This document shows, one piece after another, positions 1 through 11,002 of a stretch of 64,000 bases of DNA; position 1 is the stretch's first letter; each line of letters opens with the position of its first letter. The position numbers were made by a program, and so were the translations under genes. The notes beneath the pieces are model-generated. The model was not told the origin of the DNA and made no database searches. It saw only the letters and a program-made list of their open reading frames with translations. Origin of the DNA: Nitrospirota bacterium (GTDB lineage: Bacteria; Nitrospirota; JACRHJ01); the NCBI GenBank assembly GCA_963845245.1, contig CAWJRJ010000021.1:173963-237962 (forward strand). Reading direction: 5' to 3'.

Positions 1-1020
1 ATGAAAACCGGAGGACTGATTTTGAAATACATCGGCGAACTCGTCGAAGGCGAAAAGATAGAGTCCGTATTCGCGGTGAGCGAGAAGCAGCTCCGCACCA
101 CCCGCGCGGGCAAGAGCTTCATCTCGATGAAGCTTATGGACAAGACCGGCAGCGCGGACGCGGTGGTGTGGGACAACGCGGAGGCCACAGCACAGAAGTT
201 CGAGAAGGGCGACTTCGTGGGCGTGCGCGCCGAGGTCGGCGTATACAACGGCAACAAACAGCTCACCATCCAGCAGCTCAAGAAGGTGGAGAAGACGCCG
301 GAATACGTGACACGGTTCCTGCCCGTCACCGACAGGGACGTCGATGTCCTTGCAGAGGAGCTGAACGGCTTCGCCGCCAGCATCCAGTCCGAGGGCATGA
401 GGAAGCTGATAGTGGGTTTCCTCACCGACCCCGAGTTCATGGGACCGTTCAAGACGTCATCCGCCGCAAAGGGCATGCACCACGTCTTCGCGGGCGGTCT
501 TATACAGCACACCCTGAAGGTCGTCCGGCTCTGCGACCTGATATACAGGGAGTACGAGATCACCGACCCGATGATATCCTGCATGATAGACCGCGACATC
601 CTGATCGCGGGCGCGATCCTGCACGACATGGGCAAGATAGTGGAGCTGTCCCAGGAGCCGGGCTTCGACTACACCACCAAGGGCAGGCTGCTCGGCCATG
701 TGGTGATCGGGCTGATGGAACTCAAGAAGCGGCTCGACACCACGGAGGGCATACCCGAGGAGAGGGCCGACCTCCTGATGCACCTTATAATATCGCACCA
801 CGGGGAGTACGAGTACGGCTCGCCCAAGCGGCCCAAGTCGATGGAGGCGTTCATCCTGCACTACGCCGACAACCTCGACGCAAAGCTGCAGGGCATCGCG
901 GAGTTTGCGGGCAAGGATGCGACCGAAGGAGATTTCACGGCCTTCCACAGGCTGTATGACAGGTGCTTTTACAAGGGGCACCGTCTCGACATAGAAGGCG
1001 AAGAGGGGCCCCAAACCTGA
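1..1020 (+). CDS. yhaM: OB-fold + HD-domain 3'-5' exoribonuclease, YhaM/CBF1 family
   Basis: N-terminal OB fold (LMDKTG..AVVWD) and HD motifs MHH..GGL..HT, LHDMGK, HHG..EYGSP, LHYADNLDAK. Start may be TTG at 22. Confidence 0.85.
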   Translation: MKTGGLILKYIGELVEGEKIESVFAVSEKQLRTTRAGKSFISMKLMDKTGSADAVVWDNAEATAQKFEKGDFVGVRAEVGVYNGNKQLTIQQLKKVEKTPEYVTRFLPVTDRDVDVLAEELNGFAASIQSEGMRKLIVGFLTDPEFMGPFKTSSAAKGMHHVFAGGLIQHTLKVVRLCDLIYREYEITDPMISCMIDRDILIAGAILHDMGKIVELSQEPGFDYTTKGRLLGHVVIGLMELKKRLDTTEGIPEERADLLMHLIISHHGEYEYGSPKRPKSMEAFILHYADNLDAKLQGIAEFAGKDATEGDFTAFHRLYDRCFYKGHRLDIEGEEGPQT

Positions 1021-1052
1021 TAAATAGCCCGTTCACGGGCGGAAACAGGTCT

Positions 1053-1622
1053 ATGAACATACCAAACACGCTGACCATCTTCAGGTTCCTGCTTGTCCCG
1101 GTATTCCTGGCCTTTCTCCTGAACGGTTATATCATGCAGGCCCTCGTCACATTCATCATGGCGAGCGTTACCGACGCGCTTGACGGTGCGATCGCGAGGA
1201 TGACGGACTCCATGACCGAGATCGGTATGATCATGGACCCGCTTGCAGACAAGGCGCTGGTCATCTCCGCCCTTATAGCCCTGAGCGCCATGGGTCGGCT
1301 GCCCGTATGGATCACGCTAGTCGTGATAGTCAGGGACATAATCGTGGTCTCGGGCGGGATCATAATCTACAAGAGGCGTTACAAGATGAAGATGAAGCCG
1401 CTGGTATTGGGGAAGGTCACGACGTTCTTGATGCTAACGCTTCTGGTCTCCATTCTTCTTGGCATATACTGGAACAGGGAGTTCTCTTTCATCCCGCCCC
1501 TGGCATGGCTGACCACGGCCCTTGTTTTGATCTCGGGCGTCCAGTACTCGATCAGGGGGATAAAGATATCGAAAAGCGGCAGGGAGACAGTATCCGTGGA
1601 GAAGCCAACCTATGAAGTCTGA
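1053..1622 (+). CDS. pgsA: CDP-alcohol phosphatidyltransferase (PgsA-like)
   Basis: MNIPNTLTIFR start and the DxxDGxxAR...G..MDP.ADK signature; hydrophobic protein. Confidence 0.85.
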   Translation: MNIPNTLTIFRFLLVPVFLAFLLNGYIMQALVTFIMASVTDALDGAIARMTDSMTEIGMIMDPLADKALVISALIALSAMGRLPVWITLVVIVRDIIVVSGGIIIYKRRYKMKMKPLVLGKVTTFLMLTLLVSILLGIYWNREFSFIPPLAWLTTALVLISGVQYSIRGIKISKSGRETVSVEKPTYEV

Positions 1623-2715
1623 GAACCTCGTCTCGTGGCGTGTTGACCTTGCCGTCTTCCTTTTTCTGCTTGTCTTCTGCCTTCTTGCATACGCGCTTGG
1701 CAATGCGGTCACGCCCTTCATCATCGCCATCTTGTTCGCATACATACTGAACCCCGCCGTCGAACTCCTTGAGAAGCGCAAGGTGCCAAGGGGCGCGGCG
1801 GTCGGCATCTTCGCGCTCCTGTTCCTGCTGGCTCTGGCCGGGCTATTCATCGGCGTGATTATGATCCTGAAGTGGGAGATACCCAGGCTTGTTGCCAACC
1901 TGCCCGGGTATGTTGAAACGGTCAAGACGGAGTACCTGCCCAATATACAGCAGACACTCGGGGTCACGATTGACATTGACTCGATGGTCGCGGACCTGAA
2001 GGAGCGGCTTGTACACCTCTCCGCCGAGAACTACGCATCCGCCGCCGGTTACGCCTTCTCGATAATCAGCGGCACTGTCAATGCGATATTCGCGCTTATA
2101 AGCGTCTTCCTCGTGCCGGTCCTGATGATATACCTCCTGATGGACTACAAGAAGATGAAGGACGGCGCGCTCGCCATCATGCCAACAGGGTACAGGGAAG
2201 AGATCGTCGCAAGGCTCCGTGAGGTCGAGGGCGTACTCAAGGATTTCGTAAAAGGCCAGCTCATGGTTGCGTTTATCATGGGCTTCCTCTATAGTGTTGG
2301 CCTTGCGATTGTCGGCGTAGACCTGCCGGTGGTAGTTGGCATGCTCTCGGGTTTAGGCAACCTCGTCCCGTACCTCGGGACCACGCTTGGCCTCGCCGTT
2401 TCGGTAGTCCTCGTAATGCTCAAGTACCACGACCTGATGCACCCGGGTATGGTTGCGCTGGTCTTCATACTCGTGCAGGTGGCGGAAGGCTACGTCATCA
2501 CTCCGAAGGTGGTCGGTGAGAGGCTCGGCCTGCACCCGGTCGTCATCATACTTTCCCTGCTCGTGTTCGGGAAGCTGCTCGGCTTTGTCGGGATAGTCCT
2601 GGCCGTGCCGCTGGCGGCGGTGCTGAAGGTTTTCATTAAGAGCTTCGTGGGAAGCTACATGGGCTCAAGCCTCTACGCCAAGAAGGGCGGCAAGATAGAG
2701 ATAGTCGAGAAATAG
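1612..2715 (+). CDS. AI-2E family transporter
   Basis: Multi-TM protein with PF..A...AYILNP, LVPYLG, Q..EG....PK.VG..LGLHP motifs. Confidence 0.9.
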   Translation: MKSENLVSWRVDLAVFLFLLVFCLLAYALGNAVTPFIIAILFAYILNPAVELLEKRKVPRGAAVGIFALLFLLALAGLFIGVIMILKWEIPRLVANLPGYVETVKTEYLPNIQQTLGVTIDIDSMVADLKERLVHLSAENYASAAGYAFSIISGTVNAIFALISVFLVPVLMIYLLMDYKKMKDGALAIMPTGYREEIVARLREVEGVLKDFVKGQLMVAFIMGFLYSVGLAIVGVDLPVVVGMLSGLGNLVPYLGTTLGLAVSVVLVMLKYHDLMHPGMVALVFILVQVAEGYVITPKVVGERLGLHPVVIILSLLVFGKLLGFVGIVLAVPLAAVLKVFIKSFVGSYMGSSLYAKKGGKIEIVEK

Positions 2716-2730
2716 AAAGGGATCCGTATT

Positions 2731-4154
2731 TTGAAAGGCCTTAAAGTAACAGACATTGAACCGGGCGGCACCGCCTCGGAAATCGGCATCGAACCCGGCG
2801 ACGAGATACTCTCGATAAACGGCTATCCGGTGCCGGACATGCTCGCCTACCACTACCTCATCGCAAACGAAGACGTCACCCTTCTCGTAAAAAAGAAGAC
2901 GGGCGGCCTCATCGATATCGACCTGGAGAAGGACGAGGACGACGACCTGGGCATCATCCCGCCCGCCATGCCGGTGCGCCGCTGCAACAACAAATGCGTC
3001 TTCTGCTTCGTGTCACAGATGGCCCCGGGTCTTACGCAAGACGCTGTACGTCAAGGACGAGGACTACCGCCACAGCTTCCTGCACGGCAACTACATCACG
3101 CTCACGACCCTCAAGGAAGAGGACTACCAGCGCATCATAACAGAGCGGCTGTCGCCCCTCTACGTCTCGGTGCACACCACCGACGACGAGCTGCGCCGGT
3201 TCCTGCTGGGCAACAAGAAGGCGCCCCCGATAATGGAGTCGCTGATCAGGCTGGCGGACGCAGGCATAACGCTCCACACGCAGGCCGTGGTCGCGGCAGG
3301 CCTAAACGACGGCGACAACCTCATAAAGACGGTCGAGGACCTGGCCCTGCTCTACCCCGCCGTCGCGTCGCTCGCAGTCGTCCCAGCCGGGATCACCATG
3401 CACCGGGGCGGACTGTACCCGCTCAAGCTCTTCACAAAGGCAGGCGCGGCAAAGCTGCTCGACTCGCTTGAGCCGCTTCGGAAGAAGTACCGCAAACTCT
3501 TCGGCGAGGCCTTCGTCTATCCCTCGGATGAGTTCTACATCAAGGCCGGGCGCGACTTCCCCAAGGACACGCGAATACGACGGATACCCGCAGATAGACA
3601 ACGGCGTCGGGCTGGTGCGCGACTTCCTCACCGAGTTTGCACGCGAGAAGAAAAGGCTGAAATGTAAAACCTCTTCTTTCTCTTTGCAAAAAGAGAAAGA
3701 AGCAAAGAGAAACGGGGAATCAAAAACCGCGCAGTGGTAAAGGCGAAGAATATTATACTGGTCACGGGAAAATCCTTTGAGCCGTACCTGAAAGAGATTG
3801 TGAAGTCTATATCTCCCCTCGCCCCTTGTGGGAGAGGGGCGGGGGTGAGGGGGATTAACCTCTACCGTCCTCCCTGTCAAGAACGAACTCCTCGGCCATA
3901 CCGTAACCGTGGCTGGGCTCCTGTGCGGCACCGACATCGCCAACGCCCTCAAAGGCAAAAAGGCGGACGCGGTCATCATCCCCGCCGTCACCATGCGGGA
4001 CGGGGCAGGCGTGTTCCTCGACGACCTCACGCCGTATGACGTCGAGCAAATATCAGGCATCAAGGTCGTACTGGTTGACCCGTCGGCAAGAGGACTGATT
4101 GAGGGGATAAATTTCTTAAGCAACACCTCCGCCTATCAGGACGAGCGCACTTGA
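2731..4154 (+). CDS. PDZ + radical SAM (DUF512) protein, split by several frameshifts
   Basis: N-terminal PDZ-like segment and CNNKCVFCF motif, then SVHTT, YPQIDNGVG, VTVAGLL.G.DI and FLDD in successive frames. Confidence 0.8.
3673..3716. repeat. Intragenic palindromic element (13-bp perfect stem, GCAA loop)
   Basis: CTTCTTTCTCTTT-GCAA-AAAGAGAAAGAAG followed by CAAAGAGAAA, inside the DUF512 gene. Confidence 0.65.
3813..3852. repeat. Intragenic palindromic element of the CCCCTCxCCC...GGGAGAGGGG.GGGGGTGAGGGG type
   Basis: CCCCTCGCCC / GGGAGAGGGG stem plus GGGGGTGAGGGG tail; reads SPLAPCGRGAGVRG in the coding frame. Confidence 0.65.
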
Positions 4155-4159
4155 TAGTG

Positions 4160-4274
4160 CATTGGAAAGTAATTCTTGACGAATCGTAGCGGCATGCAAG
4201 AAACTGTCTGACGAGGGCTGTAAGCCAGAGGAGTTTTTCTTGCATAGCAGAGCGAGTTTAGAATTACACTAATG
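4160..4274. repeat. Long imperfect hairpin element, copy A (structured repeat or ncRNA candidate)
   Basis: Nested stems GTAATTCT/AGAATTAC and ATGCAAGAAAC/GTTTTTCTTGCAT; homologous to the reverse complement of 34509-34670. Confidence 0.6.
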
Positions 4275-4318
4275 AACCATCCGGGCGCGAGTCTGATAGG
4301 CTAAGAAAGGGAGGCTTC

Positions 4319-5170
4319 ATGAACATTTCAGGTAACACAAAAGTAATCGCCATCTTCGGCGACCCGATAGAACACACGCTCTCCCCGGCAATGCACAACG
4401 CCGCATTCGCCGAGATGGGGCTCGACTACGTATACGTGCCGTTCCATGTCAAGGCCGAGGAGCTGGGCTCGGCGGTGCGCGGCCTGAAGGCGCTGGGTTT
4501 CGCCGGGGCCAACATCACCGTGCCGCACAAGGAGCGCGTGCTTGAGTTCCTGGACGAGGTGGACCCGTTCGCGGGCAAGCTGGGCGCGGTAAACACAATC
4601 GTCAACCGCGACGGGAAGCTCATAGGCTACAACACCGACGGCCTGGGCTTCATAAAGTCGCTCAAGGAGGACGCAGGCTTCGACCCGGCGAAGAAGAAGG
4701 CCTTCATCTGCGGCTCGGGCGGCGCGGCGAGGGCCATCGGGTTCGCGCTTGAGAACGCCGGCGCAAGGCGCGTGTACCTCTACGACATTGACGAGCAGAA
4801 GCGCGACCGGCTGGTGACGGACATAAACTCCGCTTCCGGCAAGGTGTCCGCGAGGCCGTCCCCGCTTGACCCCGACTTCATAAGGAGCTGCGACCTCGTG
4901 GTGAACGCGACCCCGCTGGGGATGCACGAGAGCGACCCGCTCCCAATCCCGGAAGGCTCGTTCAGGGTGGGGCAGGTGGTGTATGACATCGTATACAACC
5001 CTCCGACGACGAAAACGCTCGCAGCGGCACAGACAGGCGGGGCGAAGGCCGTCAACGGGCTGGGGATGCTCCTCTATCAGGGTGTCATCGCATTCGAGCA
5101 CTGGATAGGCAGGACGCCCCCGGCCAGCCTCATGCGCGAGGTGCTCCTGTCACGTTCTAAAACCGTATAG
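4319..5170 (+). CDS. aroE: Shikimate dehydrogenase
   Basis: SPAMHN, GANITVPHK, GAVNT, GYNTDG, VNATPLGM, DIVYNP, GLGMLLYQG. Confidence 0.95.
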   Translation: MNISGNTKVIAIFGDPIEHTLSPAMHNAAFAEMGLDYVYVPFHVKAEELGSAVRGLKALGFAGANITVPHKERVLEFLDEVDPFAGKLGAVNTIVNRDGKLIGYNTDGLGFIKSLKEDAGFDPAKKKAFICGSGGAARAIGFALENAGARRVYLYDIDEQKRDRLVTDINSASGKVSARPSPLDPDFIRSCDLVVNATPLGMHESDPLPIPEGSFRVGQVVYDIVYNPPTTKTLAAAQTGGAKAVNGLGMLLYQGVIAFEHWIGRTPPASLMREVLLSRSKTV

Positions 5171-5220
5171 GCATTAAAGAGATTTAATCCAGGTACATAT
5201 GGAGTTAGTCTTATTACCGC

Positions 5221-5250
5221 TTGACATAGGAGCGTATTTTGCAATAAAAT
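5221..5250 (+). promoter_or_regulatory. sigma70-type promoter of the pil operon
   Basis: TTGACA (5221) and TAAAAT (5245), 18-nt spacer. Confidence 0.55.
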
Positions 5251-5288
5251 TGACCGGATAACAGTATCAGGACATTCCGGGGAACAAT

Positions 5289-6995
5289 ATGGCGGCAGGC
5301 AGGCTTGGTCAAATGCTGGTGGTTGCGAAGCTTATTACCGAGGATCAGCTCGGTAAGGCCCTCGCCGCGCAGCAGAAAGACGGGGGTCGGCTGGGTTCAA
5401 ACCTGGTCAGGCTCGGCTTTATCGACGAAGACAAGCTGATAGGCTTCCTTAGCAAACAGTACGGCATCCCGGCCGTAAACCTCGGTGAAATCGAGATCGA
5501 CCCCAGCGTCTGCAAGCTCATCCCGAGCGACGTAGTACAAAAATACCAGATAATGCCGATAAACAGGACGGGCGCAACGATCACGATAGCGATGGTGGAC
5601 CCCTCCAACGTGTTCGCGCTCGACGACGTGAAGTTCATGACCGGCTACAACGTGGAGCCGGTAGTCGCGTCCGAGGCCGCCATAAAGGCCGCGGCGAACA
5701 AGTATTACGATACCGCCGAGGCGATGAAAGACGTCATGGCAAGCCTGAAGGAGGGCGACGCCAACCTCGACCTCATAATGGATGAGGAGGAAGAGGTCAA
5801 CGTAGGCGAGCTGAAGCTGGCGGTCGAGGACGCCCCGGTCGTAAAGCTGGTCAACCTCATCCTTTCCGACGCCATCTCAAAAGGTGCCAGCGACATCCAC
5901 ATCGAGCCATATGAAAAATCGTTCAGGGTCCGCTACCGCATAGACGGCGTGCTCTACGAGACGATGCAGCCGCCCATGAGGCTTAAGGCCGCGCTCTGTT
6001 CCAGGATAAAGATCATGTCCGAGCTGGACATATCGGAGAGGCGTCTGCCGCAGGACGGCCGCATAAAGCTGAAGATGAAGGGCAAGGAGGTGGACCTGCG
6101 CGTTTCCACCCTCCCGACCCTCTTCGGCGAGAAGATAGTCATGAGGATACTGGACAAGGGCAACCTCCAGCTCGACCTCGCAAAGCTGGGATTCGAGGAG
6201 AAGGCCGGCAAGGACTTCTTCAAGGCCATAAACAGCCCGTACGGCATGGTGCTCGTCACCGGCCCCACCGGAAGCGGCAAGTCCACGACGCTCTACTCCG
6301 CGCTGTCAAACGTCAACAAGGTAGACGTTAACATCATGACCGCGGAAGACCCCGTCGAGTACAACCTGAGCGGCATTAACCAGGTACAGATGAAGGAGGA
6401 GATAGGCCTGAACTTCGCCGCGACGCTGCGCTCCTTTCTTCGTCAGGACCCGGATGTCATAATGGTCGGCGAGATAAGGGACTACGAGACGGCCGAGATC
6501 GCCGTCAAGGCGGCGCTTACCGGCCACCTGGTGCTCTCCACGCTCCACACGAACGACGCCCCAGGCACGGTCAACAGGCTCCTGAACATGGGTATCGAGC
6601 CGTTCCTGGTCGCCTCCTCCTGCCTCCTGATACTAGCCCAGAGGCTGGCCAGGAAGGTATGCCAGAACTGCAAGGAGCCCGAGAAGATCCCGCCGCAGGC
6701 CCTGGTGGACATAGGCTTCACCGAGGAGGAATCCAAGGAGGTCGTCTGCTACAAGGGCAAGGGCTGCGACCTGTGCGGCGGGACAGGCTACAAGGGCAGG
6801 ATAGCCCTTTACGAGGTCATGCCGATAAGCGAAAGTATAAAGGAACTTATACTTGAAGGCGCTTCCGCCGCGGAGATAAAGAAGGCTATGCTGGCCGACG
6901 GCTGCAAGTCGCTGCGCGGGAGCGGGCTCAACAAAATAAAGATGGGCGTTTCCTCAGTCGAAGAAATATTAAGAGTAACATTCGGAGACCAATAA
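5289..6995 (+). CDS. pilB: Type IV pilus assembly ATPase
   Basis: N-terminal RLG..L MshEN-like motifs, ASDIHIEP, Walker A GPTGSGKS, LRQDPD, tetracysteine motif. Confidence 0.95.
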   Translation: MAAGRLGQMLVVAKLITEDQLGKALAAQQKDGGRLGSNLVRLGFIDEDKLIGFLSKQYGIPAVNLGEIEIDPSVCKLIPSDVVQKYQIMPINRTGATITIAMVDPSNVFALDDVKFMTGYNVEPVVASEAAIKAAANKYYDTAEAMKDVMASLKEGDANLDLIMDEEEEVNVGELKLAVEDAPVVKLVNLILSDAISKGASDIHIEPYEKSFRVRYRIDGVLYETMQPPMRLKAALCSRIKIMSELDISERRLPQDGRIKLKMKGKEVDLRVSTLPTLFGEKIVMRILDKGNLQLDLAKLGFEEKAGKDFFKAINSPYGMVLVTGPTGSGKSTTLYSALSNVNKVDVNIMTAEDPVEYNLSGINQVQMKEEIGLNFAATLRSFLRQDPDVIMVGEIRDYETAEIAVKAALTGHLVLSTLHTNDAPGTVNRLLNMGIEPFLVASSCLLILAQRLARKVCQNCKEPEKIPPQALVDIGFTEEESKEVVCYKGKGCDLCGGTGYKGRIALYEVMPISESIKELILEGASAAEIKKAMLADGCKSLRGSGLNKIKMGVSSVEEILRVTFGDQ

Positions 6996-8097
6996 TGGCA
7001 AACCTTCACCAGATGCTCCAGACACTTATCGACAAAGGGGCTTCCGACCTCCACATCACCACCGGGTCGCCCCCTCAGCTAAGGATCGACGGCGAGCTTA
7101 TGCCGATGAACCTGCCGCCGCTTTCAGCCGCGGAGACGAAACAGCTCTGCTACAGCATTCTCACGGACGTGCAGAAGCACAAGTTCGAGGAGAACGACGA
7201 ACTGGACCTTTCGTTCGGCATAAAGGGGCTCTCCCGCTTCAGGGCCAACGTCTTCATGCAGCGCGGCGCGGTTGCGGCCGCCATCAGGACGATACCGTTC
7301 AAGATACAGAGCCTGGAGGAACTGAACCTGCCCCCGGTCGTGAGCGAGCTTGTCAACAAGCCCAGAGGGCTCATACTCGTTACAGGGCCGACCGGCAGCG
7401 GCAAGTCGACCACGCTTGCCTCGATGGTGGACAGGATAAACAGCGAACGGCACGAACACATCATGACGGTGGAAGACCCGATCGAGTTCCTCCACCAGCA
7501 CAAGAAGGCGCTTGTGAACCAGCGGGAGGTCGGCGCGGACACCAAGAGCTTCAAGCTGGCCCTTAAGTACGTCCTCAGGCAGGACCCGGACGTGGTGCTG
7601 ATAGGCGAGCTCAGGGACCTTGAGACGATAGAGGCGGCCCTGACGGTCTCGGAGACCGGCCACCTTGCCCTCGCGACCCTGCACACCAACTCGGCGGTAC
7701 AGACCATAAACAGGATAGTGGACGTATTCCCGCCGTACCAGCAGCCCCAGATCAGGGCCCAGCTCTCCTTCGTACTTGAGGGGATAATGGCCCAGCAGCT
7801 TCTCCCGAAGATGAGCGGGCAGGGCAGGGTCCTGGCCATGGAGGTGCTGGTGCCAAACCCCGCCATCAGGAACCTCATCAGGGAAGACAAGATCCACCAG
7901 ATATACTCGACTATGCAGACCGGACAGTCCAAGTTCGGCATGCAGACGATGAACCAGTCGCTTCTTGACCTTGTACCAAAAGAGGATAATATCCTATGAT
8001 GAGGCGCTCGGCAGAAGCCCGGTCCCGGACGAGTTCCTAACCATGGTATCGCAGGGCGCCCGGCGAGACGCCGGGTCAGCCGGTGCGGAAAAAGTAG
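6995..8097 (+). CDS. pilT: Type IV pilus retraction ATPase (C-terminal frameshift; end approximate)
   Basis: GASDLH, GPTGSGKSTT, AIRNLIRE, GMQTM. The C-terminus continues in another frame (LYQKRIISYDEAL). Confidence 0.93.
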
Positions 8098-8136
8098 GTT
8101 TGAATTGTCCTTGTCTATCTGAAAAGGAGCTGTGAA

Positions 8137-9362
8137 ATGGCGGCTACAACAACAACCTTTGCCTGGGCCGGTAAGAGCAGAGACGGCAAGCTGCAGAAGG
8201 GTGAGACGGTTGCCTCGAACAAAGACGAGGTAATGGCCCTGCTTAGAAAGCAGGGTATAATCGTTACCTCGGTCAATGCCAAGAGCAAGGGCGGCGGATT
8301 AAGTATCCCGGGGTTTGGCGGCGGGGTGTCGGACAAAGACATCATTGTCTTCACCAGGCAGTTCGCCACCATGATAGACGCGGGCCTCCCCCTGGTGCAG
8401 TGCCTTGAGATACTCGGGAACCAGACCGATAACAAGGTGCTTGCCAAGGCAATAGGCGAGATAAGGGAAAACGTCGAGTCGGGCTCCACTTATGCCGACG
8501 CCCTTTCGAAACACCCCAAGATATTCAACGACCTTTACGTCAACCTCGTCGCGGCAGGCGAGGTCGGCGGAATACTGGACACCATCCTCGGCCGCCTTAC
8601 CGCATACATTGAAAAGAACATGAAGCTCAAAAAACAGATAAAGTCCGCCATGGTCTACCCTGCGGTGGTTATGACGGTCGCGGTCGGCGTCATCAGCGGT
8701 CCTAATGATATTCGTCATACCCATGTTCGCCAAGATGTTCACGGACATGGGCGGCCAGCTCCCCGGGCCGACACAGATAGTAATAAGCATAAGCGACTTC
8801 ATGGTGTCCAAAAAAATGCTGCTCGTGCTCGCCGCCATCGTTGCCGTTATTGTAGGCATTAAAAAATTCTATAATACGAAAAAAGGCCGTTTGCTGATGG
8901 ACTCGTGGTTTTTGAAGGCGCCGATAGTCGGCCCGCTTATCAGGAAGATAGCGGTCTCGAAGTTCACCAGGACTCTGGGCACACTTATGGGCGCGGGCGT
9001 CCCCATCATGGACGGCCTGGAGATCGTCGCCAAGACGGCTGGAAACAAGGTGGTCGAAAACACCGTCATGGCTACGAGGTCCAGCATCAGCGAGGGCAAG
9101 ACCCTTTCCGAACCGCTTTTGCAGTCGGGTGTCTTTCCCGCCGATGGTGACCCAGATGATATCCGTCGGCGAGACCACCGGCGCGCTTGACGCCATGCTC
9201 TCGAAAATTGCCGACTTCTACGACGACGAGGTGGACACAGCCGTCGACGCCATGACGGCGGCGCTTGAGCCCGCCCTTATGGTCTTCCTCGGTATCGGCG
9301 TCGGCTTCATTATCATCGCGATGTACCTCCCTATATTCAAGCTAGCAAGCGTCGTCGGATGA
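8137..9362 (+). CDS. pilC: Type IV pilus inner-membrane platform protein (two frameshifts)
   Basis: FTRQFATMIDAGLP, AGEVGGILD, MISVGETTGALDAML, AMYLPIF across three ORFs. Confidence 0.93.
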
Positions 9363-9383
9363 CGGGACGCGGCATAAGGCAGG

Positions 9384-11002
9384 ATGAAAACCCAGGAGAT
9401 CAGGTACAAGGTCCGGTTGCTGATGATCCTGAGGGTGACGGTCATCACCCTCCTCCTGGGGTCCCTGGCCGTCCTGCAGTTCCACCAGAACCGCCAGCTT
9501 ACCCCGGCGGTCTACTTCATAATCGCCGCCACCTATTTCCTTACCATAGTCTACGCCCTTGTCTACAACAGCATAAAAGACGTGTCGGTCTTTGCCTACG
9601 TCCAGATCTTCGGGGACGTGCTGCTGGCGACAGCGGTCGTCTACAGCACGGGCGGGCTTGACAGCCCCTTCTCGTTCACCTACCTCTTCTCCATTATCGC
9701 AGCCGGGCTTATCCTGCCAAGGATGGGCAGCATTATCTTTGCCTCGCTGTCCGGTGTAGCCTACGGCGTGCTGGTAGGGATGCAATACTATGGCGCGATA
9801 CTCTCCTTGCCTGCCAGGACATACAGCGTAAGCGAGCTTGTCTACAACATATTCCTGACTATCGTGCCGTTCTACCCGGTCGGCTTCCTTGTCAGCAGAC
9901 TCTCCGACAGGCTGAAGCTTACCAAGGAGAAACTCGAAGAGAAGAGTATCGACCTCCAGGAACTTCAGGCGCTGAACGAAAGCATCGTCAGGAGCATGGC
10001 CGACGGCATGATGACCGTCGGCCTGGACGGAAGGATCACCGGTTTCAACAAGGCGGCTGAAGAGATAACCGGCAGGCCGGCGTCCGAGGTCGTGGGCATG
10101 CTCGTTCTCGGAGGTTTTCAACTGGCTGGGGATCGAGACGTTCTTCGACGACATAGAGGCGGCCGGCAAGCTTCCCTACCGGTACGACCTGAAGTTCGAC
10201 GGCCCCGGCAAAGAACTGACACTCGGCGTCACCCTCTCGTCGCTGAGGAACGAGAAAGGCGAGATCAAGGGGTTGCTGGGCATCTTCCAGGACCTGACGC
10301 CCATGAAGGAGATGGAGGAGGAGATCAAGAAGAAGGACCGCCTCGCGGCGATCGGCGAACTCTCCGCCGGCATGGCGCATGAGATAAGGAACCCGCTGGC
10401 CTCGCTTTCCGGCTCCCTGCAGGTATTGAAGGAGGACCTCCATCTTTCCGAGGACAACAGCCACCTGATGGAGATAGCCCTCAACGAGATGGACAGGCTG
10501 AACAACATCGTCACCCAGTTCCTGTCCTATGCCAGGCCCACCACCCCTTCCAAGGAACTTTGCGACATCACATCGATAGTCAGGGATACGGTCGGACCTT
10601 ATAACCAACAGCAGGGATTTCGGGGAAGGCATAAGCCTGAAGACCGAGCTTCCGGAGACCCAGCTTATCATGTGGGCCGACCCGGGCCAGATGAGGCAGA
10701 TATTGTATAACCTTGCTATAAACGCGCTCCAGTCGTTGCAGGATGCCGGTACGATCATCATCAAGGTGTTCGCCAGGGGAGAGGATATGATCATAGAGGT
10801 GCAGGACGACGGGGAGGGGATACAGGAGGAGGACATCAACAAGATATTTTATCCGTTCTTCTCCACAAAAACGGGCGGCTCAGGGCTTGGGCTCGCCATA
10901 GTTTACAGGATAGTTGAAGACCATGGGGGGACTATAAGAGTGCAAAGCGGGCCAGGGACCGGGACGAGGTTTACCCTTTCCATCCCGTCGGGGGTGTATT
11001 GA
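9384..11002 (+). CDS. pilS: Sensor histidine kinase (TM + PAS + HisKA + HATPase; frameshifted)
   Basis: Multi-TM N-terminus, AHEIRNPL H-box, NA..DDG.G and PFFSTK..GSGLGL boxes; lies between pilC and pilR. Confidence 0.88.
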
